From assembly GCA_042219065.1 (NCBI GenBank), contig JBDGQM010000056.1:1-44393 (forward strand): DNA of 44,393 bases, in the 5' to 3' direction. Below the pieces are notes generated by a model. That model saw only the letters and a list, made by a program, of their open reading frames with translations. It was not told where the DNA came from and searched no databases. The DNA comes from Salinibacter sp. Lineage in GTDB: Bacteria > Bacteroidota > Rhodothermia > Rhodothermales > Salinibacteraceae. Both the position numbers and the translations under genes were made by a program. This document shows, one piece after another, positions 30,710-40,781 of this stretch (its first letter is position 1; every line of letters starts with the position of its first letter).

Positions 30710-31543
30710 ATGGCTGGACACAATCTACTCGACGGAAAGACGGGGATTATTTTCGGGGCCCTCAACGAAGACAGCATCGCCTGGTCGCTTGCGCAGGCCT
30801 GTCATCGGGAGGGGGCGGACTTTGTGCTCTCCAACGCCCCGGTCGCCCGCCGCCTCGGCTCCCTCGACGAGCTGGCGGAGGAGACCGACAATCCCATCAT
30901 CTGGGCCGACGCCACCGACGACGAGGAGCTGTCCGAGCTCTTCGGCGACGTCAAAGATCGGTACGGCAAAATCGACTTCATCGTCCACTCCATTGGGATG
31001 GGCGTGAACGTGCGCAAGGACGTGCCCTACGAGGACCTCAACTACAACTGGTACGAGCAAACGCTCGACGTGTCGGCCGTGAGCCTGCACCGCATTATCA
31101 ATCACGCCCTCGACACCGAGACGATCGACGACGGCGGGTCCATTTTGGCCATGACGTACATCGGCGCCCAGCGCATCTTCTCGAAATACTCGGAGATGGG
31201 CGACGCCAAGGCCCTGCTGGAAAGCATCGTGCGCTCCTTTGGCTACCGCCTGGGCGAGCGCGACATTCGCATCAACGCCATCTCGCAGAGCCCCACCAAA
31301 ACCACCGCGGGCGCCGGGATTGAGGGCTTCGACGCGATGTACGAGTTTGCCGAGCGCGTCGCGCCCCTCGGCAACGCCAGCGCCGACGAGTGTGCCGACT
31401 ACGCCGTGACGCTGCTCAGCGACCTCACGCGCATGGTCACCATGCAGACGCTCTACCACGACGGCGGCTTCTCCAGCATGGGCATCTCCGACGAAATCGT
31501 GGAGGCGATGAAAGACTCGTTCGCGGACGAAGATGAAGATTGA
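30710..31543 (+). CDS. fabI: Enoyl-ACP reductase
   Basis: GALNEDSIAW, IDFIVHSIG, YSEMGDAKALLES, RINAISQSP, LYHDGG. Confidence 0.93.
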   Translation: MAGHNLLDGKTGIIFGALNEDSIAWSLAQACHREGADFVLSNAPVARRLGSLDELAEETDNPIIWADATDDEELSELFGDVKDRYGKIDFIVHSIGMGVNVRKDVPYEDLNYNWYEQTLDVSAVSLHRIINHALDTETIDDGGSILAMTYIGAQRIFSKYSEMGDAKALLESIVRSFGYRLGERDIRINAISQSPTKTTAGAGIEGFDAMYEFAERVAPLGNASADECADYAVTLLSDLTRMVTMQTLYHDGGFSSMGISDEIVEAMKDSFADEDED

Positions 31544-31600
31544 AGGTGGGAAGGTTAAAAGTTTGAAGGTTGAAGATTTGAAGGTTAAAAATTTGAAATC
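31541..31600. repeat. 7/8-mer array (TGAAGGTT-like) x8
   Basis: tgaaggtg ggaaggtt aaaagtt tgaaggt tgaagatt tgaaggtt aaaaatt tgaaatc; first unit contains the fabI stop. Confidence 0.8.
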
Positions 31601-31767
31601 AACGCTGGTAAGCCCACGTCGATGTTGGGAAAATGGAAAGTGTGATCGGGTGTTGTGAGTGTGTTTCCGATGTGATACTTTAGTGTTAGGGTATCTCCCG
31701 GAACAATACATTTGTCAACATCCAATCTTATAGTTTTAAATCTTCCAACTTTAAACACGAGAAAACA

Positions 31768-32505
31768 GTGATCGAGCTTTTCGTCACCGACATTGACGGC
31801 TGCCTGGCCGAGCCCTACACGCCGTACGATCTGGACGGACTGGCGACGCTTCGGGACTGTGCCCGCGGGGACCCGGATGCCGCCCCGACGCTGTCCATCT
31901 GCTCGGGGCGGTCCTATCCCTACGTGGAGGCCATAACCCAGGCCCTGGACCTGACGACGCCGGTACTCTTCGAGGCCGGCGGCGGGCAGTTCGATCCGGT
32001 GGCCGCCCAGACCACGTGGAGCCCAAACTTGACCGATGAGGTGGAGGCCAAACTCAAGACGGTGAAGCACTGGTTCTTGACGGAGTGCATTCCGGGCACA
32101 CGCCTGTCGCTCGACCACGCCAAGCGCACGCAGGCGGGCGTCGTCTCGCCGGCGGTCGAGGAGATTCGGGCGGTTCGGCCCCGGACCGAAGAATTCGTGG
32201 CCGAGGACGCCCCGGGCCTGCACGTCTTCTCGACCGACATCTCCGTGGACGTCGTCCCGCCCGGCATCACAAAGCGGGACGGGCTGGAATGGCTCGCCGA
32301 ACACCTAGGCCTTGGCCTGGACGAGATCGCCTATATCGGCGATGCCGATTCCGACCTTGACGCTCTCGATGCTGTGGGCCTATCTTTTGCCCCGGCCAAT
32401 GCGACCGAAGAAGTTCGGGACCGCGTCGACCACGTGACTGAGGGAGCGGTTCTGGACGGCACGCGTGAGGCCTACCGGCACTGTCAAACCCGAAACGAAT
32501 CCTGA
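31768..32505 (+). CDS. HAD-IIB (Cof-like) phosphatase
   Basis: TDIDGCL, CSGR, K..G, IGDADSD; GTG start. Confidence 0.88.
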   Translation: MIELFVTDIDGCLAEPYTPYDLDGLATLRDCARGDPDAAPTLSICSGRSYPYVEAITQALDLTTPVLFEAGGGQFDPVAAQTTWSPNLTDEVEAKLKTVKHWFLTECIPGTRLSLDHAKRTQAGVVSPAVEEIRAVRPRTEEFVAEDAPGLHVFSTDISVDVVPPGITKRDGLEWLAEHLGLGLDEIAYIGDADSDLDALDAVGLSFAPANATEEVRDRVDHVTEGAVLDGTREAYRHCQTRNES

Positions 32506-32543
32506 ACGAGCGCCCCTTTTCCGAACCCATTTCTTGAGTCGCC

Positions 32544-33341
32544 ATGCGCACGATCGGAGGGCTCCTTCTTCTGCTGGGACTGGTCGGCAGCGTTTGTCCC
32601 GCCTCCGCCCAGACTAGCACGTCGTCCGACATGTCCCTCGCCTCGCTGTCGGCGGCTTCGCAGAGTGACGCCGCGCCGGACGGCTCGCTCTTCTACGTCG
32701 CGGAGGAGTCCACAATCCTCCACAACCTCCCGAGCCTCAATACCCCGGTGGCCCGGCTCTCGATGCGCACTCCGGTGACGCGCCTTCGGTGCACGAAGGA
32801 GTCGTGTCGGGTGCGCACCGAGGACGGAGATGTGGGGTACGTAGCCCGGGCTGCCCTCTCCAACGTCTGGCTTCGGGTATCGAAAGAGGAACGACGCGTC
32901 TACGTCTATCGGGGTCCCGAGCGCGTCGATGCCTTTGAGGCGGACATGGCCTACAATTCCTTCGCCGACAAAAAGCGGAACGGCAGTGAGCAGCGTCCCG
33001 ACCACTGGCGCACGCCCGAGGGATCCTTCTACGTCGTGCATAAGAATCCGGACAGCCAGTTCTACAAGGCCTTTGTGCTCAACTATCCGAAGGTCGAAGA
33101 TGCACGCCGGGGATTAGAGGACGGCCTTATCTCTCGGTCGCAGTACCGGGCGATCAAGCGGGCGCAGGAGCGGTTTCAGATTCCCCCCATGAACACAGAC
33201 CTTGGCGGCTGGATCGAGATTCACGGCGACGGCACGGGCGACGCCACTGCCTGGACCCAGGGCTGCGTGGCGGTGCGGAATGGCGTCATGGATAAGCTCT
33301 GGGATCAAGTGCGGGTCGGGACGCCCGTTCTCGTCGAGTGA
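32544..33341 (+). CDS. L,D-transpeptidase (YkuD) with N-terminal SH3-like domain
   Basis: Signal peptide, RTPEG.F, IEIHG..WTQGCVAV, GTPV. Confidence 0.88.
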   Translation: MRTIGGLLLLLGLVGSVCPASAQTSTSSDMSLASLSAASQSDAAPDGSLFYVAEESTILHNLPSLNTPVARLSMRTPVTRLRCTKESCRVRTEDGDVGYVARAALSNVWLRVSKEERRVYVYRGPERVDAFEADMAYNSFADKKRNGSEQRPDHWRTPEGSFYVVHKNPDSQFYKAFVLNYPKVEDARRGLEDGLISRSQYRAIKRAQERFQIPPMNTDLGGWIEIHGDGTGDATAWTQGCVAVRNGVMDKLWDQVRVGTPVLVE

Positions 33342-33466
33342 GTGCCGCTCGTGGGCGTCGCTCGTCCGCGATTCCCGGAGCGGCCGGCGGGGGAACGCCT
33401 ACAGGTTCGAACCTTACATCGTAGCACAATTTCACCCAGTTTACCCACCATAGACACCACAGACTT

Positions 33467-34207
33467 ATGCACAGGTTTTCGACACGCTGGATTCCCACTC
33501 TCCTCGTTGGGCTTTTTCTCATCGCTGGATGCGGGGGCGGAAGCAATCCTGCGGCGCCACCGGACGGTTGGGAGACGAGCGACACCCGCTGGTGGAAGCA
33601 AGGCGTCGACACGTCGGAGGTCTTCATCAATCTCGACAGCCTGACCACGATGGGGGTCGTTGATCAACCCATGAAGCTGGAGGGTGGCGACATCACGCGG
33701 GACCAGTTTAACAGGGCCATCAAGCAGAGCCTCATAAAGCTGTACCGCAACAACCCGATGATCGTCGATTCGCTCTTCGAGGAGCACGCCGTGCCCAAGC
33801 TCGAAGGGGTAGACCTCGGTGGAAACGTCGTGGGGAAAAAAGGCCAGTTGAAATCGAAGATCCGAGACAAGAATCAGAAGAAGGCCTACAAGGCGATTAC
33901 GGAGTACTTCCGCGAGCCGCAGCGCCAGAGTTCGCCGGACATCGTCTGGCCGGACAGTCTGCGGTCCGAGGAGTACTCCGGCGTGGTGACGGTGCAGGCG
34001 CACCTGGCGGTTGAGGGGGAGGGAGATAAGGCCGTCGCCCGTCCGGACGCCGTTCAGGTCCTCTCCGGCACCAACCCGACGCTCGACCGGATCGCGCTCA
34101 AGGCCACCACGGAGGCGACGTGGAATCCGGCATACATTCTGAAGGACGGGGAGTGGACGCCCGTCGAGAGCTGGGTGCGGTTCGACATTCCGTTCCAGAT
34201 GCGGTAG
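33467..34207 (+). CDS. Lipoprotein with TonB C-terminal-like domain
   Basis: Lipobox IAGC; C-terminal WP...YSGVVTV...LDRIALKA....WNPA...G..PV.....IPF pattern. Confidence 0.6.
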   Translation: MHRFSTRWIPTLLVGLFLIAGCGGGSNPAAPPDGWETSDTRWWKQGVDTSEVFINLDSLTTMGVVDQPMKLEGGDITRDQFNRAIKQSLIKLYRNNPMIVDSLFEEHAVPKLEGVDLGGNVVGKKGQLKSKIRDKNQKKAYKAITEYFREPQRQSSPDIVWPDSLRSEEYSGVVTVQAHLAVEGEGDKAVARPDAVQVLSGTNPTLDRIALKATTEATWNPAYILKDGEWTPVESWVRFDIPFQMR

Positions 34208-34220
34208 CACGCATTTGGGG

Positions 34221-34270
34221 GAGTGTGAGTATGGGCGTATGGGAGAAAAACCCCCATACGCCCACACGCC
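34221..34270. repeat. Octamer-based palindrome, same as the core of the 171-bp element
   Basis: TGGGCGTATGGG / CCCATACGCCCA 12-bp stem between convergent genes. Confidence 0.75.
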
Positions 34271-34346
34271 TGTACGCATCTGTTGAAGGATCGAGCACTG
34301 TGGAGCGCCCCGGCAAATGAGTTGCGGATGTCCTTCCGCCTTGGGG

Positions 34347-35657
34347 TTACCCCACCAGCACCCCCGCGACGGTGGCGGTGATCCACGAGGCGAGCGCGCC
34401 CCCCAGGACGGCCCGGAGGCCCAGGGCCGCGACCTCGCTCTTGCGGGACGGCGCAATGCCGCCGATGCCCCCGATCTGGATGGCGATGGAGGAGAAGTTG
34501 GCGAATCCACACAGGGCATAGGTGCCAATGATGACCGACCGTTCGCTCATGGCGCCCTGAAGGTCTCGGAGCGAGGCGTAGGCCACAAACTCGTTCACGG
34601 CCACTTTTTCGCCGAGCAGAGTGCCGAACTGGAGAATGTCGGCCGTCTGCACGCCCATCGCCCACGCCAGCGGGGCAAAGGCGAAGCCGAAGACCGCCTC
34701 CAGTGAGAGGACGTCGAAGCGCCCGCCGGACGCCTGGGCCACCAGTTCGTTCAGGTTGTAGAGCTCCGTGCCGTAGACCACCGGCGCCCCGATCCACTCG
34801 AACCCGGCGTTGATGGTGCCGATGAGGGCCAGGAACGCCAATAGCATGGCCCCCACGTTCAGCGCCAGCCGCAGGCCGTCGGACGCGCCGTTGGCGGCGG
34901 CCTCAATCACATTGTTCACGTCCTCCGTGTCTTGAATCTTGGCCCCGCCGCTGGTCTCGGGCTCCTCCGTCTCGGGCACCAGGATTTTGGCCATGACGAT
35001 CGCGGCGGGCGCGCTCATGACGGAGGCCGACAGCAGATGCTTCGCAAAGAGCTGCCGCGACTCCGGCGAGTCGCCCCCCAGAAACCCGATGTAGGCGGCC
35101 AGCACCCCGCCCGCGATGGTGGCCATGCCGCCGGTCATGAGCGTCATGATCTCGCTCCGGGTCATGTCCTCCACGTACGGCTTCACGGCGAGGGGCGCCT
35201 CGGTCTGCCCGATGAACACGTTCGCCGCGGCGGCCAGCGACTCGGCCCCCGAGATGCGCAGCGTTTTCTGCATCACCCAGCCCATCCCGTTCACCAGCGG
35301 CTGCACGATGCGCAGATGATAGAGCACCCCCATCAGCGAGGCGAAAAACACGATGGTGGGCAGCACCTGGAAGGCAAAGTTGTTGCCCTTCTCCGGGTTG
35401 CCCAGGTCGCCGAAGATAAACTTCGACCCCTCGTACGTGAAGGATAGCAGCGTGTCGAAGAAGGTGGCGAGGGTGTCGAACAGGGTTTCGCCCGGCCCGG
35501 TCTTCAGCACGAGCAGGGCGAAGACGAGCTGCAGCCCGATCCCCATGGCCACGAGGCGCCAGTTGATGGCCTTGCGGTTGGTGGAGAACAGCACAGCAAT
35601 GCCGATGAAGACCGCGACGCCGATGAGGCCGCGGAGGATCGCAATAGGAAGGGACAT
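34347..35657 (-). CDS. NupC/CNT family nucleoside transporter
   Basis: AFQVLPTIVFF, GAES...N.FIGQTEAP, GMATIAG, NEFVAY, ALCGFAN. Confidence 0.95.
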   Translation of the reverse strand: MSLPIAILRGLIGVAVFIGIAVLFSTNRKAINWRLVAMGIGLQLVFALLVLKTGPGETLFDTLATFFDTLLSFTYEGSKFIFGDLGNPEKGNNFAFQVLPTIVFFASLMGVLYHLRIVQPLVNGMGWVMQKTLRISGAESLAAAANVFIGQTEAPLAVKPYVEDMTRSEIMTLMTGGMATIAGGVLAAYIGFLGGDSPESRQLFAKHLLSASVMSAPAAIVMAKILVPETEEPETSGGAKIQDTEDVNNVIEAAANGASDGLRLALNVGAMLLAFLALIGTINAGFEWIGAPVVYGTELYNLNELVAQASGGRFDVLSLEAVFGFAFAPLAWAMGVQTADILQFGTLLGEKVAVNEFVAYASLRDLQGAMSERSVIIGTYALCGFANFSSIAIQIGGIGGIAPSRKSEVAALGLRAVLGGALASWITATVAGVLVG

Positions 35658-35948
35658 GTAAGCGGGTATGGTCGACGTTCAATACAGGCGACGGTCCTCC
35701 CTCCAAGCCGAGCGTAAGATAACGACTGCGGGCACGAACACAAGCCTCCCCCGAGACGACCAGGGCAATCGTACGGTACGAGCTTCCGTCCCGGCGAGGA
35801 AGCTGGCCCGCCTCGGATCAGTGAAGCAGCCCCGTAAGAATGGGCGAAAGGGCGTGTGGGAGCACGAACACACTGCCCCAAATCAGGGGATCATCAGAAC
35901 TGAGGCCAAGATGTGATTGCCAGGTCGAGATAACGGGGCGACGGGGGC

Positions 35949-35988
35949 AAATACAACGAGGACACCCGGCGGATGCCCGGTGCCCTCG
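35949..35988 (-). terminator. Terminator downstream of the M1 peptidase
   Basis: Minus strand CGAGGGCACC..GGTGTCCTCG stem followed by TTGTATTT. Confidence 0.6.
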
Positions 35989-36014
35989 AAGGACGGAGGA
36001 GAAGGAGGCGCGAT

Positions 36015-38045
36015 CTACTGATCCGAGTCTGAGGACTCGTCCGTGCCGGACGAACTGGCCTCGTCCCCAGGCGTCCAGGTGTTGTTGTCGCGGTTCATGT
36101 CCGGCAGGATCTGGGTGGGGTCGAGGACGATCTTCTGCAGCGAGCCCTTCGTCACCTGGAAGGTGTTGGTGTCCTTTGTGTAGAAGGCCGCGGTGGGCAC
36201 GCGGCGCTGCTCGGTCGACCCGTCCTCGTAGGTCAGGCGGGCCGTAACCGGCAGCATCAGTTCGCCGTTCTGCGCCACCGTGACGCGGGTCGTGTCGCCG
36301 GTGGCCACCGAGTCGATCGCCTGGTCCATCGTGTCGGTCTCGTAGAACCAGCTGCGCCAGAACCAGTCGAGGTTCTCGCCGCTCACCTCCTCCATGGTGC
36401 GGAAGAAGTCGGCGGGCTTGGGGTGCTTGTAGGCCCAGCGGTCAAAGTAGGCCTTGAGCGCGGCGTCGAACTGGTCGGGGTCCATGACGTACTCGCGCAG
36501 CAGCATGAGGCCGTAGCCGGGCTTGGCGTAGGCAAGAAAGCCGAGGGCGTCGTCCCGAATGCGATCCGCGTACGTCATGATGGGCTGATCGCCCAGGGCC
36601 CCACCCATCTGCTTCGTGGTGTACTGCGACAGGCCCGCCATCACCTTCTCGGGGGGCACCCGTCCTTGCCCGTAGTACTCGAGGAGCGAGTACTGATTCA
36701 GGAACGTGTTGAGGCCTTCGTCCATCCAGCCCCAGCGGCGTTCATCGGAGCCCACAACCATCGGAAACCAGGCGTGGCCGAACTCGTGGTCGGTGACGCG
36801 GAAGAGAGAACGGCCCCGCGAGTTGACGTCGCAGAATACGATTTGCGGGTACTCCATCCCCTGCACCCGCCCGGCCACGTTAATGGCATTGGGGTATGGG
36901 TAGGGCGCGACGAAGTCCGAGTAGAACTCGATGGAGTGCTGCACGAATGTCGTGGATTGCTCCCAGCCCGGCTTCTTCTTACTGCTGCCGAGGCCTTCCG
37001 TCGGATAATAAGACTGCGCGAGCACCGTCTCGTCCCCGGCGGAGGCCTTCGCCGCATCCCAGATGAAGGCGCTAGAGGCGGCCCACGCAAAGTCGCGCAC
37101 TTTGTCGGCCGTGTAGCGCCAGGTGAGTGGGCCGGTGCCCTCGGGGCGCGTGGAGGCGTCGCCGACCTCGGTACTGTCGATAATCATCACCGTCTCGCGG
37201 CTGTCGCGCGCCTCGGCCAGGCGGTCCTGCTGGGTGTCGGTCAGTACCGAATCGGGGTTCTGAAGGCGCCCCGTGGCGGCCACAATCATGTTGCGCGGCA
37301 CCGTAATGTTGACGTTGAAGGTCCCGTACTCCAGGTAGTACTCGCCCTGGCCCAGGTACGGAAGCGGGTTCCAGCCGTGCACGTCGTCGTAGACGTACAT
37401 GCGGGGATACCACTGCGCAAACTGGTAGACCGTCCCGTCCTCGACGTTGAGACGCCCGTGTCGGTCGGCCCCGTCCTTGGGGAGCGTGTACGAGAAGTCA
37501 AACGACAGCCGCAGGGTGCCCCCGTTGGCGGCGAGCGGCTCGTCGAGCGAGACGCGCATGCGGGTGCCGTCGATCAGCGTGTCCGGCGTGATCGTCTCGC
37601 CGTTGCGCTGGAGGCGGAGATTCGAGAGGTCGTAGCCGGCCCCCTCGAAGAAGCCGCCGAACCGGGCGTCGGCGGGCACGGCGGCGGCCCCTCGGCTGCC
37701 GGGCTTAAAGTAGTTTTGCTCCAGCTGCACCCACAGGCGGTTCAGGGCCCGCGGCGCATTGTTGGTGTACGTGATCGTCTCGGTCCCGGTGACGCGGTTC
37801 GTGGTGGTGTCGAGCTCGACGTCGATCTCGTAGTCGGCCGACTGCTGCCAGTACCCGAGCCCGGGCCGGCCGCTGGCGCTCCGGTAGGCGTTCGGGTCGG
37901 GGAAATCCACCGGATCGAACGACTCAAGGTTGTGCTCGGGGACCTGCTGCGGGACGTTCTGGGCCGTGGCGGGGCCCACGCACACCAGGGCCGCACTCAG
38001 CATGAGGACAACGGAACCGAGCAGAAAGCGGGCTCGACGGGTCAT
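36015..38045 (-). CDS. Secreted M1 family metallo-aminopeptidase
   Basis: Signal peptide, GMEYP, HEFGH, WMDEG. Confidence 0.93.
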   Translation of the reverse strand: MTRRARFLLGSVVLMLSAALVCVGPATAQNVPQQVPEHNLESFDPVDFPDPNAYRSASGRPGLGYWQQSADYEIDVELDTTTNRVTGTETITYTNNAPRALNRLWVQLEQNYFKPGSRGAAAVPADARFGGFFEGAGYDLSNLRLQRNGETITPDTLIDGTRMRVSLDEPLAANGGTLRLSFDFSYTLPKDGADRHGRLNVEDGTVYQFAQWYPRMYVYDDVHGWNPLPYLGQGEYYLEYGTFNVNITVPRNMIVAATGRLQNPDSVLTDTQQDRLAEARDSRETVMIIDSTEVGDASTRPEGTGPLTWRYTADKVRDFAWAASSAFIWDAAKASAGDETVLAQSYYPTEGLGSSKKKPGWEQSTTFVQHSIEFYSDFVAPYPYPNAINVAGRVQGMEYPQIVFCDVNSRGRSLFRVTDHEFGHAWFPMVVGSDERRWGWMDEGLNTFLNQYSLLEYYGQGRVPPEKVMAGLSQYTTKQMGGALGDQPIMTYADRIRDDALGFLAYAKPGYGLMLLREYVMDPDQFDAALKAYFDRWAYKHPKPADFFRTMEEVSGENLDWFWRSWFYETDTMDQAIDSVATGDTTRVTVAQNGELMLPVTARLTYEDGSTEQRRVPTAAFYTKDTNTFQVTKGSLQKIVLDPTQILPDMNRDNNTWTPGDEASSSGTDESSDSDQ

Positions 38046-38421
38046 GGCAGACGTTGTTTGGGAAAAGTGTAAGCAGACTCAATACGAATCTAACTGTACG
38101 CCTTGCAAATTGGAAGAAAGAACGAGTTAAAGGGGACGTGGAGCGGGGGCGTGCGGGAGCGGGCGAGCGGTCGCACGTCGGAAAATCCCATGCGCCATAG
38201 AGGCTCCTCCGCCCCTGATCAACGCAAAAGCCCGACAAGCATAGGCGAGGAGGCGCGCGGGGGCTGCGCAGGGAGCACGCCCCCACCGCCCTGGATAAGA
38301 GCACAGACCACGGGCCGAGATCCAACTGCCGTGGAGGGAAGAGGATCTTCGGGAATACGGGGGACGTGTCCGCACTCCGATTCGATATTTCCTACCGTTG
38401 AGACTTATTTTGCCAGCAACA

Positions 38422-38461
38422 GTGTAACGTCGGGATTTGCGTGTAACGTCGGGATTTGCGT
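38422..38461. repeat. Exact 19-bp tandem duplication
   Basis: GTGTAACGTCGGGATTTGC x2, about 50 bp upstream of the amylosucrase ATG. Confidence 0.9.
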
Positions 38462-38510
38462 TGTATCCGAGAAAAGCCGGCCCGCAGTTCCTGCGTCTGT
38501 TTCGTTCGCC

Positions 38511-40781
38511 ATGGATGCGCCCGTTCCAGCCATATCCGACGCGGAGTGGAGGCCCGAAGACGCCCTCCCGATCCTCCGCGCCCTCCTGCGCGACCGGTAC
38601 GCGGAGCACCCCGACTCCGAGCTCCTGAGCGACCGGATCGACGCGCACCTCCCGGCCCTGTGGACGGCCTTCGCTGAGGTGTACGGCGACGGGGCCGAAC
38701 AGGCCACGTGGGTGGTACGCGCCGTCGACGCGGCCGTCGAGGGGCGGACCCATCGGGCCGACCGGCTCTGTGCGCTCGATCAGTCCCGCGCCTCTGCCCC
38801 GGACTGGTTTCAGGGCCCCGAGCAGATCGGCTACATGTGCTACGTCGACCTGTTCGCCGGGACGCTCGACGGGGTCCGGGAGAAGATTCCCTACCTCAAG
38901 GAACTGGGCGTGACCTACCTGCACCTCATGCCCCTCCTCGAATCGCGCGACGGGCCGGACGACGGCGGCTACGCGGTGACGGACTACCGGAGCGTTGACC
39001 CGGCCCTCGGCACGATGGACGACCTGCGGGCCCTCGCCGACGCCCTGCACGAAGAGGACATGCTCCTGGCGCTCGACGTCGTGATGAACCACACGGCCCG
39101 TGAGCACGGCTGGGCCCAGGCCGCCCTGGACGGCGACGAGCGGCACCGCGACTTCTACCTCACCTACGAGGACCGCACCCTCCCCGACCGGTACGAGCAG
39201 ACACTGCCGGAGGTCTTTCCGGACTTTGCGCCCGGCAACTTTACGTACGTCGACGCGCTGGACCGCTGGGTGTGGACGAGCTTTTACGACTTCCAGTGGG
39301 ACCTCGACTACGCGAACCCGGACGTCTTCGTCCAGATGTTTCGGGAGATGATGGTGGTCGCGAACACCGGGGCGGACGCGCTGCGGCTCGACGCAGTGCC
39401 GTTTCTGTGGAAGGAGAGGGGCACCAACTGCCGCAATCGTCCCGAGGCGCACTGGATCCTTCGGGCCTACCGGGCCCTCATGAACATCGCCGCCCCGGGC
39501 ACGCTCTTCAAGGCCGAGGCCATCGTGGCGCCCGAAGACATCGTCCGCTACCTCGGCGTCGGCGGGCACGAGGGCGAGGAGTGCGACATCGCCTACAACG
39601 CGGCGCTCATGAGTCACCTCTGGCACGCCCTCGCCAGCGAAAACACGCAGCTGCTCCGGCGGGCCCTCACGTCGCTGCCGGACACGCCCTCATCGGCCTC
39701 CTGGCTCAACTACCTGCGCTGCCACGACGACATTGGGTGGGGGCTGGACGACGCGGACGTGCGGGCCGTCGGGCAGGACCCCGTCGACACCCGCCGGTTC
39801 TGCGCCGACTTCTACGCCGGGCACCTGGCGGACAGCTACGCCGAGGGCTATGACTTTCAGGTCGACGCGGAGACGGGCGAGGCGCGCACCTCGGGCACGC
39901 TGGCGGCGCTCACGGGACTGCAGAAGGCGCAGGTGGAGGGGACGCCGGAGACGGTGGAGCAGGCCCTCCGCCGCACGCTGCTGCTGCACAACGTCATTTT
40001 TGTGATGAAGGGCATGCCGCTGCTCTACAGCGGCGACGAGATCGGCCAGCTCAACGACTTCTCGTACCTGAACGACCCCCTCAAGGCCGACGACAACCGC
40101 TGGGTGCACCGCCCGCCGATGGACTGGGACCGCGCTGCTCTGCGGCACGAGGAGGGGCGCGTCGAGCAACGCCTGTTCGACGGCCTTCGCCGCCTCGTGG
40201 ACGCCCGCAAAGGCCTGGACGTGCTCCATGCTCGCGCCGACGAGCGGGTGCTCCGTCCCGCGAACGACCAGGTATTCATGGTGGAGCGGAGCGACGCCGA
40301 CCGTCGCCTGCTGGCCGTGTCGAATTTCTCCGACACCCCGCAGGCGGTGCCCCTCGCCCGTCTCCCCGAGGCGTGGGGACAGAGGACGTACACGGAGGTC
40401 GTGCGGGACGAGACGGCGGTCTTTTCGTCGGGCCGCATTCTCCTGCCGCCCTACGGCTTCCGGTGGCTGCGGCCCGCGCCCGGGGCCGACCCCGGTCCGT
40501 CCGTGCCTACGCGGATCGAGATTGAGGTGCACACCGAATGGGGCGAGGAGGTGTACCTGTGCGGCTCCACGGAGGCGCTCGGCACGAATCGTCCCGAGGC
40601 CGCCGTCGGGCCGCTGTCGGCCGAGGACTATCCCCGCTGGACCACCGAGGTGGAGCTGCCGGCGGGCACGTACGTCGAGTTCGAGTGGCTTAAGAAGCGA
40701 GACGGGACCGTGGTGGCGCGGTCGCCCTGCCGGTACGGGGTGAAGGCCGGGCACGACAAGGTGTGGCGTCTTGAGGGGTGA
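38511..40781 (+). CDS. Amylosucrase (GH13_4) with C-terminal CBM20-like domain
   Basis: YLHLMP, DGGYAV, VMNHT, QWDL, LRLDAVPFLWK, FKAEAIV, YLRCHDDIGW, RTSGT; tail TEWGEEVYLCGSTEALG..YPRW..EVELPAG. Confidence 0.9.
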   Translation: MDAPVPAISDAEWRPEDALPILRALLRDRYAEHPDSELLSDRIDAHLPALWTAFAEVYGDGAEQATWVVRAVDAAVEGRTHRADRLCALDQSRASAPDWFQGPEQIGYMCYVDLFAGTLDGVREKIPYLKELGVTYLHLMPLLESRDGPDDGGYAVTDYRSVDPALGTMDDLRALADALHEEDMLLALDVVMNHTAREHGWAQAALDGDERHRDFYLTYEDRTLPDRYEQTLPEVFPDFAPGNFTYVDALDRWVWTSFYDFQWDLDYANPDVFVQMFREMMVVANTGADALRLDAVPFLWKERGTNCRNRPEAHWILRAYRALMNIAAPGTLFKAEAIVAPEDIVRYLGVGGHEGEECDIAYNAALMSHLWHALASENTQLLRRALTSLPDTPSSASWLNYLRCHDDIGWGLDDADVRAVGQDPVDTRRFCADFYAGHLADSYAEGYDFQVDAETGEARTSGTLAALTGLQKAQVEGTPETVEQALRRTLLLHNVIFVMKGMPLLYSGDEIGQLNDFSYLNDPLKADDNRWVHRPPMDWDRAALRHEEGRVEQRLFDGLRRLVDARKGLDVLHARADERVLRPANDQVFMVERSDADRRLLAVSNFSDTPQAVPLARLPEAWGQRTYTEVVRDETAVFSSGRILLPPYGFRWLRPAPGADPGPSVPTRIEIEVHTEWGEEVYLCGSTEALGTNRPEAAVGPLSAEDYPRWTTEVELPAGTYVEFEWLKKRDGTVVARSPCRYGVKAGHDKVWRLEG

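Noticed and set aside
38213-38301. Minus-strand CTCTTATCCAGGGCGGTGG resembles the 5' end of a SAM-I riboswitch
   Set aside because: No P3 GCAACC/GGTGC core, the P1 partner is mismatched, and the downstream gene is a peptidase; an Rfam SAM scan would settle it
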